Positions 1 through 9,102 of a DNA stretch of 16,247 nucleotides are shown piece after piece. The notes under the pieces are model-generated. The model saw only the letters and a list, made by a program, of their open reading frames with translations, ran no database searches and was not told the DNA's origin. Every line of letters starts with the position of its first letter. The first letter of the stretch is position 1. Both the position numbers and the translations under genes were made by a program. Source of the DNA: Amoeboradix gromovi X-113 (lineage: Eukaryota; Fungi; Sanchytriomycota); assembly GCA_018985225.1 (NCBI GenBank), contig JADGIF010000166.1, positions 1 to 16,247 on the forward strand, given 5' to 3'.

Positions 1-712
1 AAAAAACTAGAAAGCGTGAAGATTGGTCGTTATTGCTCGTGTATTCTTGATATATCATTTATTCTTGAAATTTTAAGCGCTGTAAAAATAAGTTTCAGAA
101 GTGGAATAGTCAAGTAGGAATCCTATATTTTATCAAATACGGTTCAAACAAATACTCATTCCTATAGTCACTTTTTCTTCTCAGCTTGGTCTTACACGTC
201 GTCTCAATAAAGTCCATACAGCCAAAATATTGCTGTAGTACCGTACACTGATGTATTCCAAACTACATCACAGTGGACACTATAGGCCAACAAAGGTCCT
301 GGCAGTCCCGAACCACTCAATATGCCATTTTCCATCTCGGTGGTTAATGTCAATTGACATTTCCAGTGGGAATAGGGTTAAGGGCTCTTCACTTGAAAAA
401 ATTTACTGAAAGATCGAAATACTGCATCAAATTTGGGATATTACTTGGAGCCTTATAAGCTAAGATCTTGCAATCAAATTTTCACGAGTGCTACAAAGCA
501 TCAGTTGGGATAATGGATGCTCTCATAATTTTTCTATTTGTATTATATATATAAGGAAAATGCGCGTTTAAATGTGACTTATAAACTAGCGGAACGCCCA
601 TCCCAGAAATTATGGTATACAACCGGGTTTTCACTTTCAATTGGAAATTCTGGGACCGTTTGCTCATTCGATAAGCCAAAGAAGAAATAATCAATTAAAA
701 TTATTTAGAGAT

Positions 713-1801
713 TTATTTATTAAAATCGGCATCAACATACTCTTCCGGGTCTCTTTTGTGCAGTACATCCAGTTGCTTAGCCTGTACTGTTTTGCCTTGC
801 TTGATTTGCGCATACAAAATAGCATTTTCAATCATGGATGATTTATTGCTCAGCGACAAGGACTTGACGCCTAGCTCGTTCCTGAGTAACTTTATTTCGT
901 CAATGTCCATGCTCTCAATTTTGTACAGCCAATAATCATTCGACTCGATACCTTTCAAGATTGAGATGGCTTCGTCATAAGGCGTGTATCTTGGTGATAA
1001 ATGCTTTAACCAGCTCATGTTAGATTTTATGCATTTTCTAAAAAGATAACTAATATTCTTACAGCTAGAAACGATAGAATTACTTGGCTTGTTTATAAAT
1101 AACGTCACAAAGTAACTGCTGAGGTAGCAGGACAGCGACGCAAGCAAGTTTATAGTCAAAGGAACTATAACAGAGGAGCTATTCTGCATTTTCTTGATAT
1201 TTCTGATACTACTTGACTTATGAACGGATGGCCATTGTTTGACAAATGGTACCAGCTTTTTTATTCTGGGTGATACATAAAACGGAGAGCCCGCATTGAC
1301 TATCAATTCAACAAATAACTTAATCGCCTTTTTGTAATCTCCTAAATGATAAAAAAGCACACCTTTTTGTAAATCCAAAGAGATTAAATCTTCTGATTCT
1401 AAATTCAATTTGTCAATACCATCTACCAGTTTTAATGCAGAGCCATAATTACCGTCTTGGCATTCCAGCAATATAGAATTGAAGGTCTCATCAAAGTTAG
1501 AATGCGATCTACCCAGACTTAACAATAATTTATTGCATTCAAATTCTTGACCACTGAGGTTAGTTCTTGAATAGCATTCCTGTGCTCTTTTGAAGTCATT
1601 CATTCTGTAATATATTTGAGCTTGAAGTGCATATTTAACGTTCAAGTTAGAGATTGAATTGGAGGCTTCTAATGCTGTAGAAAGTTTATTCAGCTTGTAC
1701 AACGAATAACATATCAGTTCCGGATCTGAACTGAAAGATATTATCTTACCATACTCTTCGCTTTCCAATAAATTTTCCCAATTAAGACTTACAGAAGCCA
1801 T
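713..1801 (-). CDS. SRP72: TPR-repeat protein, probably a divergent signal recognition particle subunit SRP72
   Basis: TPR-like helices in SRP72 order (LQAQIYYRMNDFKRAQECY; FDETFNSILLECQDGNYGSALKL; EDLISLDLQKGVLFYHLGDYKKAIKLF). The C-terminal KRDPEEYV resembles the SRP72 PDPERWLP motif. The ORF track opens at 1846 on a non-ATG codon; ATG at 1801 (MASVSLNW) was chosen as the likely start. Confidence 0.55.
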   Translation of the reverse strand: MASVSLNWENLLESEEYGKIISFSSDPELICYSLYKLNKLSTALEASNSISNLNVKYALQAQIYYRMNDFKRAQECYSRTNLSGQEFECNKLLLSLGRSHSNFDETFNSILLECQDGNYGSALKLVDGIDKLNLESEDLISLDLQKGVLFYHLGDYKKAIKLFVELIVNAGSPFYVSPRIKKLVPFVKQWPSVHKSSSIRNIKKMQNSSSVIVPLTINLLASLSCYLSSYFVTLFINKPSNSIVSSCKNISYLFRKCIKSNMSWLKHLSPRYTPYDEAISILKGIESNDYWLYKIESMDIDEIKLLRNELGVKSLSLSNKSSMIENAILYAQIKQGKTVQAKQLDVLHKRDPEEYVDADFNK

Positions 1802-1874
1802 GATCCCAAGTAAGAAAAACATTTTCCATTTTTTTAATAAAATCAAAATTGCCTAATTAACAGCTCTCAACCGT

Positions 1875-1907
1875 ATGGCTTTTTATTTTCGCGAAAAATA
1901 AAGCCAT
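1875..1907. promoter_or_regulatory. Imperfect 33-bp palindrome centred on TTTTCGCGAAAA in a short divergent promoter
   Basis: ATGGCTTTTTATTTTCG|CGAAAAATAAAGCCAT lies between two head-to-head ATGs (1801 minus, 1985 plus). A TATA-like TATATAAAG follows at ~1955. Confidence 0.4.
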
Positions 1908-1984
1908 TCGTCGCAAAATGCCAATAAAATCGCTTAGTGATTGTGGTGACGTGATATATAAAGGAAGCTCTACTTCCATACTCA

Positions 1985-2260
1985 ATGTCAAAGAAATGTA
2001 AAGAGTGCAATAAAGCTGTCTATCTGATGGAGCAGATTGTAGTTAACGAAGAGGTTTATCACTCTACAGGATGTTTTCATTGTAATATTTGTAAAACGAC
2101 ATTAACCATGAGCACATTTGCAGCATTGGACGGTGTTAATTACTGCAAGCCTCACTTCAAGCAGTTGTTTAAAAGAAAAGGCTCTTATAATGACATCAAA
2201 GATGGCGCATCCGATGCAGAAGAAAAGAGAAAAACAACAACTTCCAGTTTGGGCGAGTAA
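1985..2260 (+). CDS. Small single-LIM-domain protein (LIMD2/EPLIN-type LIM)
   Basis: CKEC...YHSTGCFHCNIC...YCKPHFKQLFKRKGSY gives complete LIM zinc ligands plus the CKPHFxQLFKxKGxY tail typical of LIMD2/EPLIN-like LIMs. Confidence 0.9.
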   Translation: MSKKCKECNKAVYLMEQIVVNEEVYHSTGCFHCNICKTTLTMSTFAALDGVNYCKPHFKQLFKRKGSYNDIKDGASDAEEKRKTTTSSLGE

Positions 2261-2909
2261 CGAATGTGTATAATCAGTAAATACCTAGCTTAAAGTTTTA
2301 CTTAAGATACCGTCGCACGGTGATATATGCAAAATGATATTGATCTATCAGACAATCATAGGACGCCATATACTAACTATTGTTTTAAAGCGGTCATCGG
2401 CTGTAAAGCCTATTATCCTTTGCACCAGAATGAAATGTATTGTTGCTAATAACCAACTATATAAATGTTTATCATCCTGTAAGATCTTCGTGCTAACAAA
2501 GGCGTCCGTTCGGCATCACACTTAATTGAGGCTACATGCAATTTGGTGTTCTGTTCTCATTCTCTTGATGCGTATTGTCCCATTTCGAAGATCTATATAT
2601 AGGGAGTAATAAAATTTTTTTTTCAGAAGTTAATTACTTAGCAGTAGTGATCTTCCGAAAGCAAGTTTACAGAACCAATCCATTATTTTCTGCTATCTCA
2701 GCTACAATCTCAAGAGAGAATGAAATCGTAGAGTCGAAACAAGATACCAGTTTATGCGCTGGGCTTGAAAGAAGAGGATCAGTAACGAGTTATCACTTAT
2801 AGTGTAGATCATGGAGCACAGTCAGAATGACTATTTGTGCGACAAACAAGAGCTATCGCGATTACTGCGTAGTTAAATAAAAGTGATGAACTTTATAAAA
2901 CACAATTTA

Positions 2910-4187
2910 TTAAACAATAATCCTTGAATTGATTCTCCTATAATACTCATCAATATCTCTCAATACAGCTTTGTCCTTGGCGTCCATATAACTTGGAAAC
3001 AATGATTTCAAAAAGCTGATATGCTTTTCCCTAGTAGATTGTGTTATAATATTACTAGAAATGAGTATAGAGAGCATTCTTTCACCGATGTACTCTATAA
3101 ATGCAGGAATGGAGTCATCTACTAAAACAGCAAATTTTAAATCCTTATTAACAGTCATGATATTTAAATCTTTCATTCTAACAAAGGCAGAGCAGTATCT
3201 ATCAAGAGCATTTGATATAATTAACTGGCTCTGTCCATCTACAAAAGAAAAAGAGAAGTAATTTAGATTCAGCATGGTCAATATTAAAGAAGGTAGGAAT
3301 TCAAAGCTAGGATCAAGGAAATCGAAAACATGACCAACATACAATGACATGTGCAATTCCTCGAGGGTATAGATGGGCACCATTTCAAGGTATTCAATTT
3401 TAGTAGACCAACTTTTTAAATATCTCAAGTTAGGGGGGTATCTTTGAACATTCATGTGGCATATCTCAAGATCGACTAAATGGTCAAAATCATTGAAATC
3501 GAAAGGATGATTGCCCCACACATGCTCAATGTTTAACTTGGATATACGCGGAAACACTTTAGACAGCTTGTGTAGAGATTCTTGGTCCAACCATGAAGAG
3601 TTTATGTACAAGTTCTCGACTTGAGGAATGGTAGAAAAGTAATCAAAGTGTTTGATTTTTTTTCTTAAAGTTAACTCACGCAAGTTTGGGAAAGAGGCTA
3701 CTACCTTAGCCGAATTTCGGGTCCACTCACAGCACAGGGTAATAGCTGTCACATTTTCTTTGAGCTTCAGAATTTCAAGCATTTTACAGCCAGCAGTGAC
3801 ATTCCATAGTTTCTTGTTTTGGAGGAAGATTAGTGATAAAAACTGAGCAATATCAGCGTCTATCGTAATGTCCTTGTAAAAGTCTTCATTGGAATGAATT
3901 GTTATTCTTTTTAGATTGTGTAAATGACGCATCCATGCCAAATCTGAGACAACTCTCTTTCGCAAGCTTATAGATAATTCCTCTACGTATCGGCTGTACT
4001 GAAAAACACCACAGGTAAATATTTTGTCCAACAGGAATGGATCGGACAACTCTGAGATATTAAGTCTTTTCCACTTAATTCGGAGCAATGAGTCAGTAGA
4101 GTTTTTGTTGATGATGCCTACTTTTTTTAAATCTGCAGGACTGAACTGTTGGAAAACAATATCCCAAATGTCTGTTGGAAGGTCCAT
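2910..4187 (-). CDS. F-box protein with degenerate leucine-rich repeats
   Basis: N-terminal MDLPTDIWDIVFQQFSPADLKKVGIINK fits the F-box consensus. LRR-like units follow (LHNLKRITI, FPNLRELTL, FPRISKLNI, PPNLRYL). ATG at 4187; the track's start at 4196 is TTG. Confidence 0.8.
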   Translation of the reverse strand: MDLPTDIWDIVFQQFSPADLKKVGIINKNSTDSLLRIKWKRLNISELSDPFLLDKIFTCGVFQYSRYVEELSISLRKRVVSDLAWMRHLHNLKRITIHSNEDFYKDITIDADIAQFLSLIFLQNKKLWNVTAGCKMLEILKLKENVTAITLCCEWTRNSAKVVASFPNLRELTLRKKIKHFDYFSTIPQVENLYINSSWLDQESLHKLSKVFPRISKLNIEHVWGNHPFDFNDFDHLVDLEICHMNVQRYPPNLRYLKSWSTKIEYLEMVPIYTLEELHMSLYVGHVFDFLDPSFEFLPSLILTMLNLNYFSFSFVDGQSQLIISNALDRYCSAFVRMKDLNIMTVNKDLKFAVLVDDSIPAFIEYIGERMLSILISSNIITQSTREKHISFLKSLFPSYMDAKDKAVLRDIDEYYRRINSRIIV

Positions 4188-4322
4188 CGCAACCAAAATG
4201 TCAATTTAGTCGTCGGAGAATTTGTTATTTTGTTCATTCAATATGATTGGTACACTATATCATCATTTTTTCAGCAAGCTCAGGATCATGAAACGCCCGG
4301 TGGCACATGCTATCAGAATCTC

Positions 4323-4830
4323 CTCATTAAATGTCCTAGTTTCCTATAAATCCAGTCTCAAAAAGTAAAATGAGATAACCAGAGAACAATTACAGTGGCT
4401 ACTCACGCTTGCACTATCTTGAGGCGGGAGCAAATAAAGTTACGTGTATTTCGAGCACCTGGGACACCAAATATAAAAACTAGACTAACTCGTTTTTAAA
4501 GGTGCTCCATACGGAGGAATTGCTATCATTCATAAAAGATCTTCTATTATACCAATTTTCTTTCATTGATTGTATTCCTCTTTTTAAAATAAAACTATTT
4601 GAAATAAAGACTGGATGAAAGAGTAAGAGAATAGCTGTACAGAATATTTATTTTTGAAATTTCGATACAAAAAGTTATTTATTCTCCTTTTATACTCGTC
4701 AACTCCGCAACTAGCTGAATGTCCACTCGCCTCTTAAATCCATAAAACTAATAAAGCTGAAATAATGTTCCAAGTTGTAGCAGAAAGTTAGTCCAGTTTT
4801 TATATTTGATGTCCCACCTGTTTTTCTGTA
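4323..4830 (-). mobile_element. Degenerate right-end fragment of the IS607/Fanzor2 mini-element (copy A), interrupted by a MITE
   Basis: ctcattaaatgtcctagtttcc (4323) aligns with ctcgttaaaagtcctggtttcc (6628). acagtggctactcacgcttgcactatcttgaggcggga (4392-4429) aligns with acagtgatcgctcacgctttcactaccctgaggcggga (6701-6738). Similarity fades just past the MITE and no left end was found. Confidence 0.75.
4461..4815. mobile_element. MITE (non-autonomous TIR DNA transposon), copy 1, 355 bp
   Basis: 29-bp TIRs GGGACACCAAATATAAAAACTAGACTAAC / GTTAGTCCAGTTTTTATATTTGATGTCCC (2 mismatches). 4-bp TSD ACCT at 4457-4460 and 4816-4819. A second copy lies at 9934-10273. Confidence 0.95.
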
Positions 4831-5468
4831 GGTCAAAATCTTGCTTTTAGTTTATCATGTTATGCAATAAGGATTAAATCGTCTAGAGTTGGAAAGTTGG
4901 TCGATCTGTATTAAATCGGTATAAAGAATACAGATATAGGTATCGCATAGCAGCATTCATGATAGTTGTTAAAAAATTCTTAATAGTTTAAATTCCTTAG
5001 TCAGATATGAATCAGACAAAAAGTAGCTAATAAATGCACAATAAATGTGTTTAATACCCAGACATTTCCACCTATTTTCTCACAATCTATAAAGAAGTAT
5101 AAGAAAAAAGTATCCATTGGAAAATGTTAACTGGCGATTTGTTTAGATTGAGTATCAGTCTCTCGAGCAAATAATGTCTTTTTAAGTTAACCGAGGTAGT
5201 TCCTTTTCTTGTTTGAATCACAGGAGATACAAGCTCTACATAAAATTCTAATTTTCATCTCTACTTTTCTTTAGATATCTTGGCAGTTTCTTTATTATCG
5301 GATACTTTGCAAAGAACATGAGGATCCATGCTTAAACCCTTACGCGATAGTAATCGATAACTTAGCAATAATTTCAAGTAAACAGCTTTCAAGACGTACT
5401 GCATATCAAATAAAAACAATATTAGTCACAGTATAACATTTTTATGTAAATATATAGTTTAGGCCATT

Positions 5469-6566
5469 ATGAGTGGACCTTTGAGATCAGAAATATCTAT
5501 TGACCGGGAATATGAATTAAAAAAGCTGGAGAAGTCAAGTTTCTTGACTGTTATGAAAGCTGCCAAGCTACAGCAAGAAGAAACTGATTTAAAGATGATG
5601 CAAAATTTTTTTGATTCGCAAAGCGCCCAATTAGACAGTATTAAATCTGGGTTAATGGAGCGCGCTAGCAATTTTTCTTTGAATGAAATTCAGAGCAAAT
5701 ACAAAGAATTGCTTGATTTGAATTTAAACCATTATCAGAGCAAGTACGACGTTTGGAAGGAGGCAAATAGCAAGCTGGCGGACATTACGATTGATCGCCT
5801 AGATGAGTATTCAAAGTATCAGATTATTTCTGCAAATAAAGTAAATGATACAAAGGAATCGACAACTAAATATCTAGATTCAAATTTATCTACTTTTAAT
5901 AGTGCAGTGCAAAACGATCTCTTTAATGAAAACGAAGAGGTGAAAAGCTACCTACTAGAGGAAAGCCAGACTCTAAAATTAACTTCTCAAAGCTACTACG
6001 ATGATTTCTATAAAATGGTGGTGCAGCTCTTATCTGAATATTCGAAAAACATTGAGCATAAACAAAAAGAATATGAGGAACGTAGAAAAAGAAATGGTGA
6101 TCTGGAATTTAACATTAAGGACACAAATAAAAGATTAGCTAATTTAGGAAAACAAGTAAAAGTTGAGCAAAGGATGATCGAAGATTTGCGTGATACAATT
6201 TCATCTCATGAGTTCTTGTTGAAAAAAGACAAACAATTGCTTACCGACAAATATTTAAAGATGAGACGTGAAAACAATAAAATATTAGAGCATGAAAAAG
6301 CAAAGTTTGCAGAGCTGTCTAATATTACTCAGGATTCTATTGCAACTGTTACAGAATTGCGTGACTCGCTTCTTAAGATGTATAATAGGAGTTCAAATGG
6401 CAAGCTATTGGCAGATTCGTTTTTGTTGGAGCTAAAGAGAACGAAACAAAATTTGATAGTTGAAAACGGTGATTTGCTTTCAAAATTTAAGTCCAAGGTA
6501 AATAACTCGCATTTGATAGATGGCCAAGTTGTTGAAAAGGACCTGATTTGTGTTAACTTTAAATAA
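5469..6566 (+). CDS. DRC2: Coiled-coil protein, probable divergent dynein regulatory complex subunit 2 (DRC2/CCDC65)
   Basis: 365-aa all-helical ORF. The segments MKAAKLQQEETDLKMMQNFFD and EEVKSYLLEESQTLKL...YSKNIEHKQKEYEERRKRN...IKDTNKRLANL follow the recalled CCDC65 pattern in order and spacing. Coiled-coil similarity by eye can mislead. Confidence 0.55.
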   Translation: MSGPLRSEISIDREYELKKLEKSSFLTVMKAAKLQQEETDLKMMQNFFDSQSAQLDSIKSGLMERASNFSLNEIQSKYKELLDLNLNHYQSKYDVWKEANSKLADITIDRLDEYSKYQIISANKVNDTKESTTKYLDSNLSTFNSAVQNDLFNENEEVKSYLLEESQTLKLTSQSYYDDFYKMVVQLLSEYSKNIEHKQKEYEERRKRNGDLEFNIKDTNKRLANLGKQVKVEQRMIEDLRDTISSHEFLLKKDKQLLTDKYLKMRRENNKILEHEKAKFAELSNITQDSIATVTELRDSLLKMYNRSSNGKLLADSFLLELKRTKQNLIVENGDLLSKFKSKVNNSHLIDGQVVEKDLICVNFK

Positions 6567-6607
6567 ATCAGAGTAGTTCATTTTATTACTAAAAAAGTAG
6601 GCGAAAA

Positions 6608-6745
6608 CATTCCCATCCTTTCTTCACCTCGTTAAAAGTCCTGGTTTCCGAGAAAATCGAGAATTTCCACAGATAAACTAGCAATGCTAGTTTCTCCGTT
6701 ACAGTGATCGCTCACGCTTTCACTACCCTGAGGCGGGATTGAACA
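6608..6745 (-). ncRNA. Putative omegaRNA (scaffold + flank-derived guide), copy B; 5' boundary approximate
   Basis: Overlaps the 3' end of the tnpB remnant, as is established for TnpB/Fanzor. Predicted stems: CCC-GCCUCA-GGG; AGUGA..GC-GUGA-GC..UCACU (GNRA loop); 14-bp ACGGAGAAACUAGC-AUU-GCUAGUUUAUCUGU. Conservation between copies stops sharply after TTAACGAG. Confidence 0.6.
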
Positions 6746-7074
6746 AGGATGCATATACTTGATGTATATGTTCCTTGCAGCCATATGGTCTCTATCTTCA
6801 AATGACACTTTGTACAGGTTCAGGTTTCTAAATTGGTTTTCTTTAGAGTGCCACATATTGTACATGGCATCAAATTTTCGTGCTTGGACCAGCTTATCAG
6901 TCCGAGACGAATGTATGCTGTACCTGTTAATTATTTATTTAGAATTGATTTAACATTTGCGAAAAGGAAGAATATCGAGTGTTTAAGGTATTAGAAAAAT
7001 CTGGAAAAGTCTTGAAATGATACAAAAATATATACAAATTCGCGATAAATGATTTATTCAAGAAAATAGTCAAG
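6628..7074 (-). mobile_element. Internally deleted IS607-type element (tnpA HTH remnant fused to TnpB/Fanzor2 C-terminus), copy B, 447 bp
   Basis: Left end ACAG|CTTGACTATTTTCTTGAATAAATCATTTATCGCGAATTTG is shared with copies at 10733 and 16074. Right end ...TTAACGAG is shared with 11199 and 4323. No TIRs. Contains SWSKH (HTH remnant), CTICG..CTKC and DRDHMAARNI. Confidence 0.9.
6632..6864 (-). pseudogene. tnpB: TnpB/Fanzor2 C-terminal remnant (zinc finger + RuvC-III)
   Basis: One frame reads CTICGTLKKTNLET*TCTKCHLKI, then a frameshift leads to DRDHMAARNIYIKY...*. This is the CxxC-x-CxxC-DRDxNAAxNI signature of TnpB/Fanzor, with one stop and one frameshift. Confidence 0.88.
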
Positions 7075-7671
7075 CTGTGTTGATTCAGTATCTCGTGGAC
7101 GCTAAAGGTGTAAATTGATTAATATCTCGGTATTTTCTTACTCTTGTGATAAATAATGCTAATCAAGCTTACTATTTAAATCTCGAGTGCTTAGCCAGCT
7201 TTTGTACATGAACTCACTAATGTTGAGATTCAACATCTAAAAACATTGGCTATATTATTTATCTACAGATCTCGGGAATGAGTCCATTAACCATATAGTC
7301 ATCCATGAAGACAGCGAACCTAAAAATCATAGATCCTCGGTAGTAACAAATTGAATTAGGAAGAATATTAGCTATAACATGAAATAAAATTATAGCAAAA
7401 AAGAAGGTATGAGGAATTGGTAAAACAAGACATAGAAGTGATTTGTTATGGAGATCGCAGTTATAGGTACAGAAAAAATCCCACAAGGGTTTATGCTGCT
7501 CCAGGTTTAAATGACAAATGATCTGGCTGGTAAAGACGGCTTTTCTTCTAAGGCGCTGATTAAGAACCATAGAAAATTTCTAATGGCTAGTACACTTTTT
7601 CGAAACATTTGTTTTAAAAAGTCTGACTATTTTTTCCAGTGTCTCAATTAGTCTACGTGGAGTTTTGTCCC

Positions 7672-9060
7672 ATGTCCCCATTTAAACTTCAAGATTCAAT
7701 TACAATCAATCACTTAAATCTTAGGCCCTGGAGATTAAATCTAATAACTTCTTTTATGGATCGAGTATATATTGCTTCTCATAATGTGATTTTGCAGTTC
7801 AATTCAAAAATGGAATTACTTAACACAATCCCGATAATAAAAGCCAAAGATTCAGGATACACTACTACTGATCCCGGTACCGATGAGTATGGTCCAACTA
7901 TAAATGCCATCACTTCTGGATTTGTCGGTTCCTTGGGCGCTTTGGTTACAGTTATAGATGATGGGGGTGTCATTATTTACGATATTCATTCACTCAATAA
8001 ACCACTGTATTACTTTAACGAAGTATCATGCTGGGGAGTCGATATTCATAAGAATGGACTCTTGGCAGTTTCTAACAATAGCCACAACATAAGGGTGTGG
8101 AAGATATCCAATTCATTTGATAGCTCTAATCCTACTACTTGGTTTTCTAAGCTAGAGCATAAATACATGCCATATACCGGTAGTAAAATCACAGAAACAT
8201 ATTTAAACGGCCATGCTCACAACATTCCGTGCATATCTATTTCTACCTGCGGAAAGTTCCTGGTCTCTGCATCGATTGACAAATCATGCCGTGTATGGGA
8301 CATAGAAGGAGGGAAATGCATAGCTATTCAGGAAGTCAGTGAACAATGGGGTTGGCTCTCCAAGTGTATTTCCCATCACAGTGCTAAAATTATAAACAAC
8401 GAAACATTTCAAAAGTGTATTCTAAGCGATATTGGTGCTAGTACTAGTACATCATATCCTGCACTAAACAGAACCGACCCGCTCAGTTCCAACCCAGATC
8501 CATGGGATACCAGATACCCGAGAGTGGTTAATAGCCTTGCCGCTAATTTCCAACAGCTTTACCACTTTTCAGAAGACGAGTCAACAAGCGATGAAACAAA
8601 TTCTGCTAATTTAGACGTGACCCAAAAGGTACACAACTTTGAAAATTTGATACTTTATGGTTCTAAGTATGACTTGTTTTTGTATAAACTAAAGGATTCC
8701 GGGCTTAGTCTGGTCTACTCTTGCAGTAACGTTGTACGAGGCCTTCATGGAAGACGGCAGGTTGCATTGTTGGAACATTTTGATCGGCTGTGCTTGATGC
8801 AGGTAATTGATGAACTTGGCATTGTAGTTGTAGCTAGCCAACAAGGAAGCGGGTGCGTACTGCAAATAAATGCTTCAAGCGATCACCAAAAGTATTACCT
8901 AAATACCATTTCTACTTTTCACGGAAGTGGTGATATACCTTTGGCTGGTATAAGCGTGCTACCCAAATACCATGACTTACATCCTATCTTATCATACTAC
9001 CTGTTATACGTACTATATATGGATGGATCAATAAGGATATATCGATTAAATATAGAATGA
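7672..9060 (+). CDS. CRT10: WD40 protein, CRT10-like
   Basis: PWRLNL near the N-terminus, TINAI, CWGVDIH...LLAVSNNSHNIRVW, GHAHNIPCISIS...VSASIDKSCRVWD, QWGW and FDRL...IDELGIVVVASQQG match the motif order of the fungal CRT10 family. First ATG at 7672; the track's start at 7639 is GTG. Confidence 0.75.
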   Translation: MSPFKLQDSITINHLNLRPWRLNLITSFMDRVYIASHNVILQFNSKMELLNTIPIIKAKDSGYTTTDPGTDEYGPTINAITSGFVGSLGALVTVIDDGGVIIYDIHSLNKPLYYFNEVSCWGVDIHKNGLLAVSNNSHNIRVWKISNSFDSSNPTTWFSKLEHKYMPYTGSKITETYLNGHAHNIPCISISTCGKFLVSASIDKSCRVWDIEGGKCIAIQEVSEQWGWLSKCISHHSAKIINNETFQKCILSDIGASTSTSYPALNRTDPLSSNPDPWDTRYPRVVNSLAANFQQLYHFSEDESTSDETNSANLDVTQKVHNFENLILYGSKYDLFLYKLKDSGLSLVYSCSNVVRGLHGRRQVALLEHFDRLCLMQVIDELGIVVVASQQGSGCVLQINASSDHQKYYLNTISTFHGSGDIPLAGISVLPKYHDLHPILSYYLLYVLYMDGSIRIYRLNIE

Positions 9061-9102
9061 ACATGAACAAGATAGAAAATAAACAAACATGCATATAACG
9101 AT

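Noticed and set aside
1-700. Short frames, including ORFs 491-694 and 641-841
   Set aside because: No recognisable motif and no similarity to the two repeat families; 641-841 is largely antisense to the SRP72-like gene.
2257-2277. Possible 21-nt GT-AG intron (GTAACG...ATCAG) at the LIM gene stop
   Set aside because: It would add only a few residues, lacks a clear branch motif, and no conserved domain requires it.
2334-2802. ORFs 2334-2525 and 2575-2802
   Set aside because: Short, with no domain signal; likely chance frames.
5341-5390. Possible left end of copy A (cgcgata...cagct)
   Set aside because: Similarity to the conserved left end is too short to be convincing.
6632-6865. 77-aa ORF as a functional small protein
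   Set aside because: It is a frameshift chimera: the zinc finger lies in another frame with a stop. Treated as a pseudogene.
7259-7570. 103-aa minus-strand ORF
   Set aside because: No recognisable family or motif; cannot be supported without expression data.
7621-7639. Second 19-nt GT...AG candidate upstream of the WD40 gene
   Set aside because: Splicing from the ATG at 7583 lands out of frame, and an adequate ATG exists at 7672.
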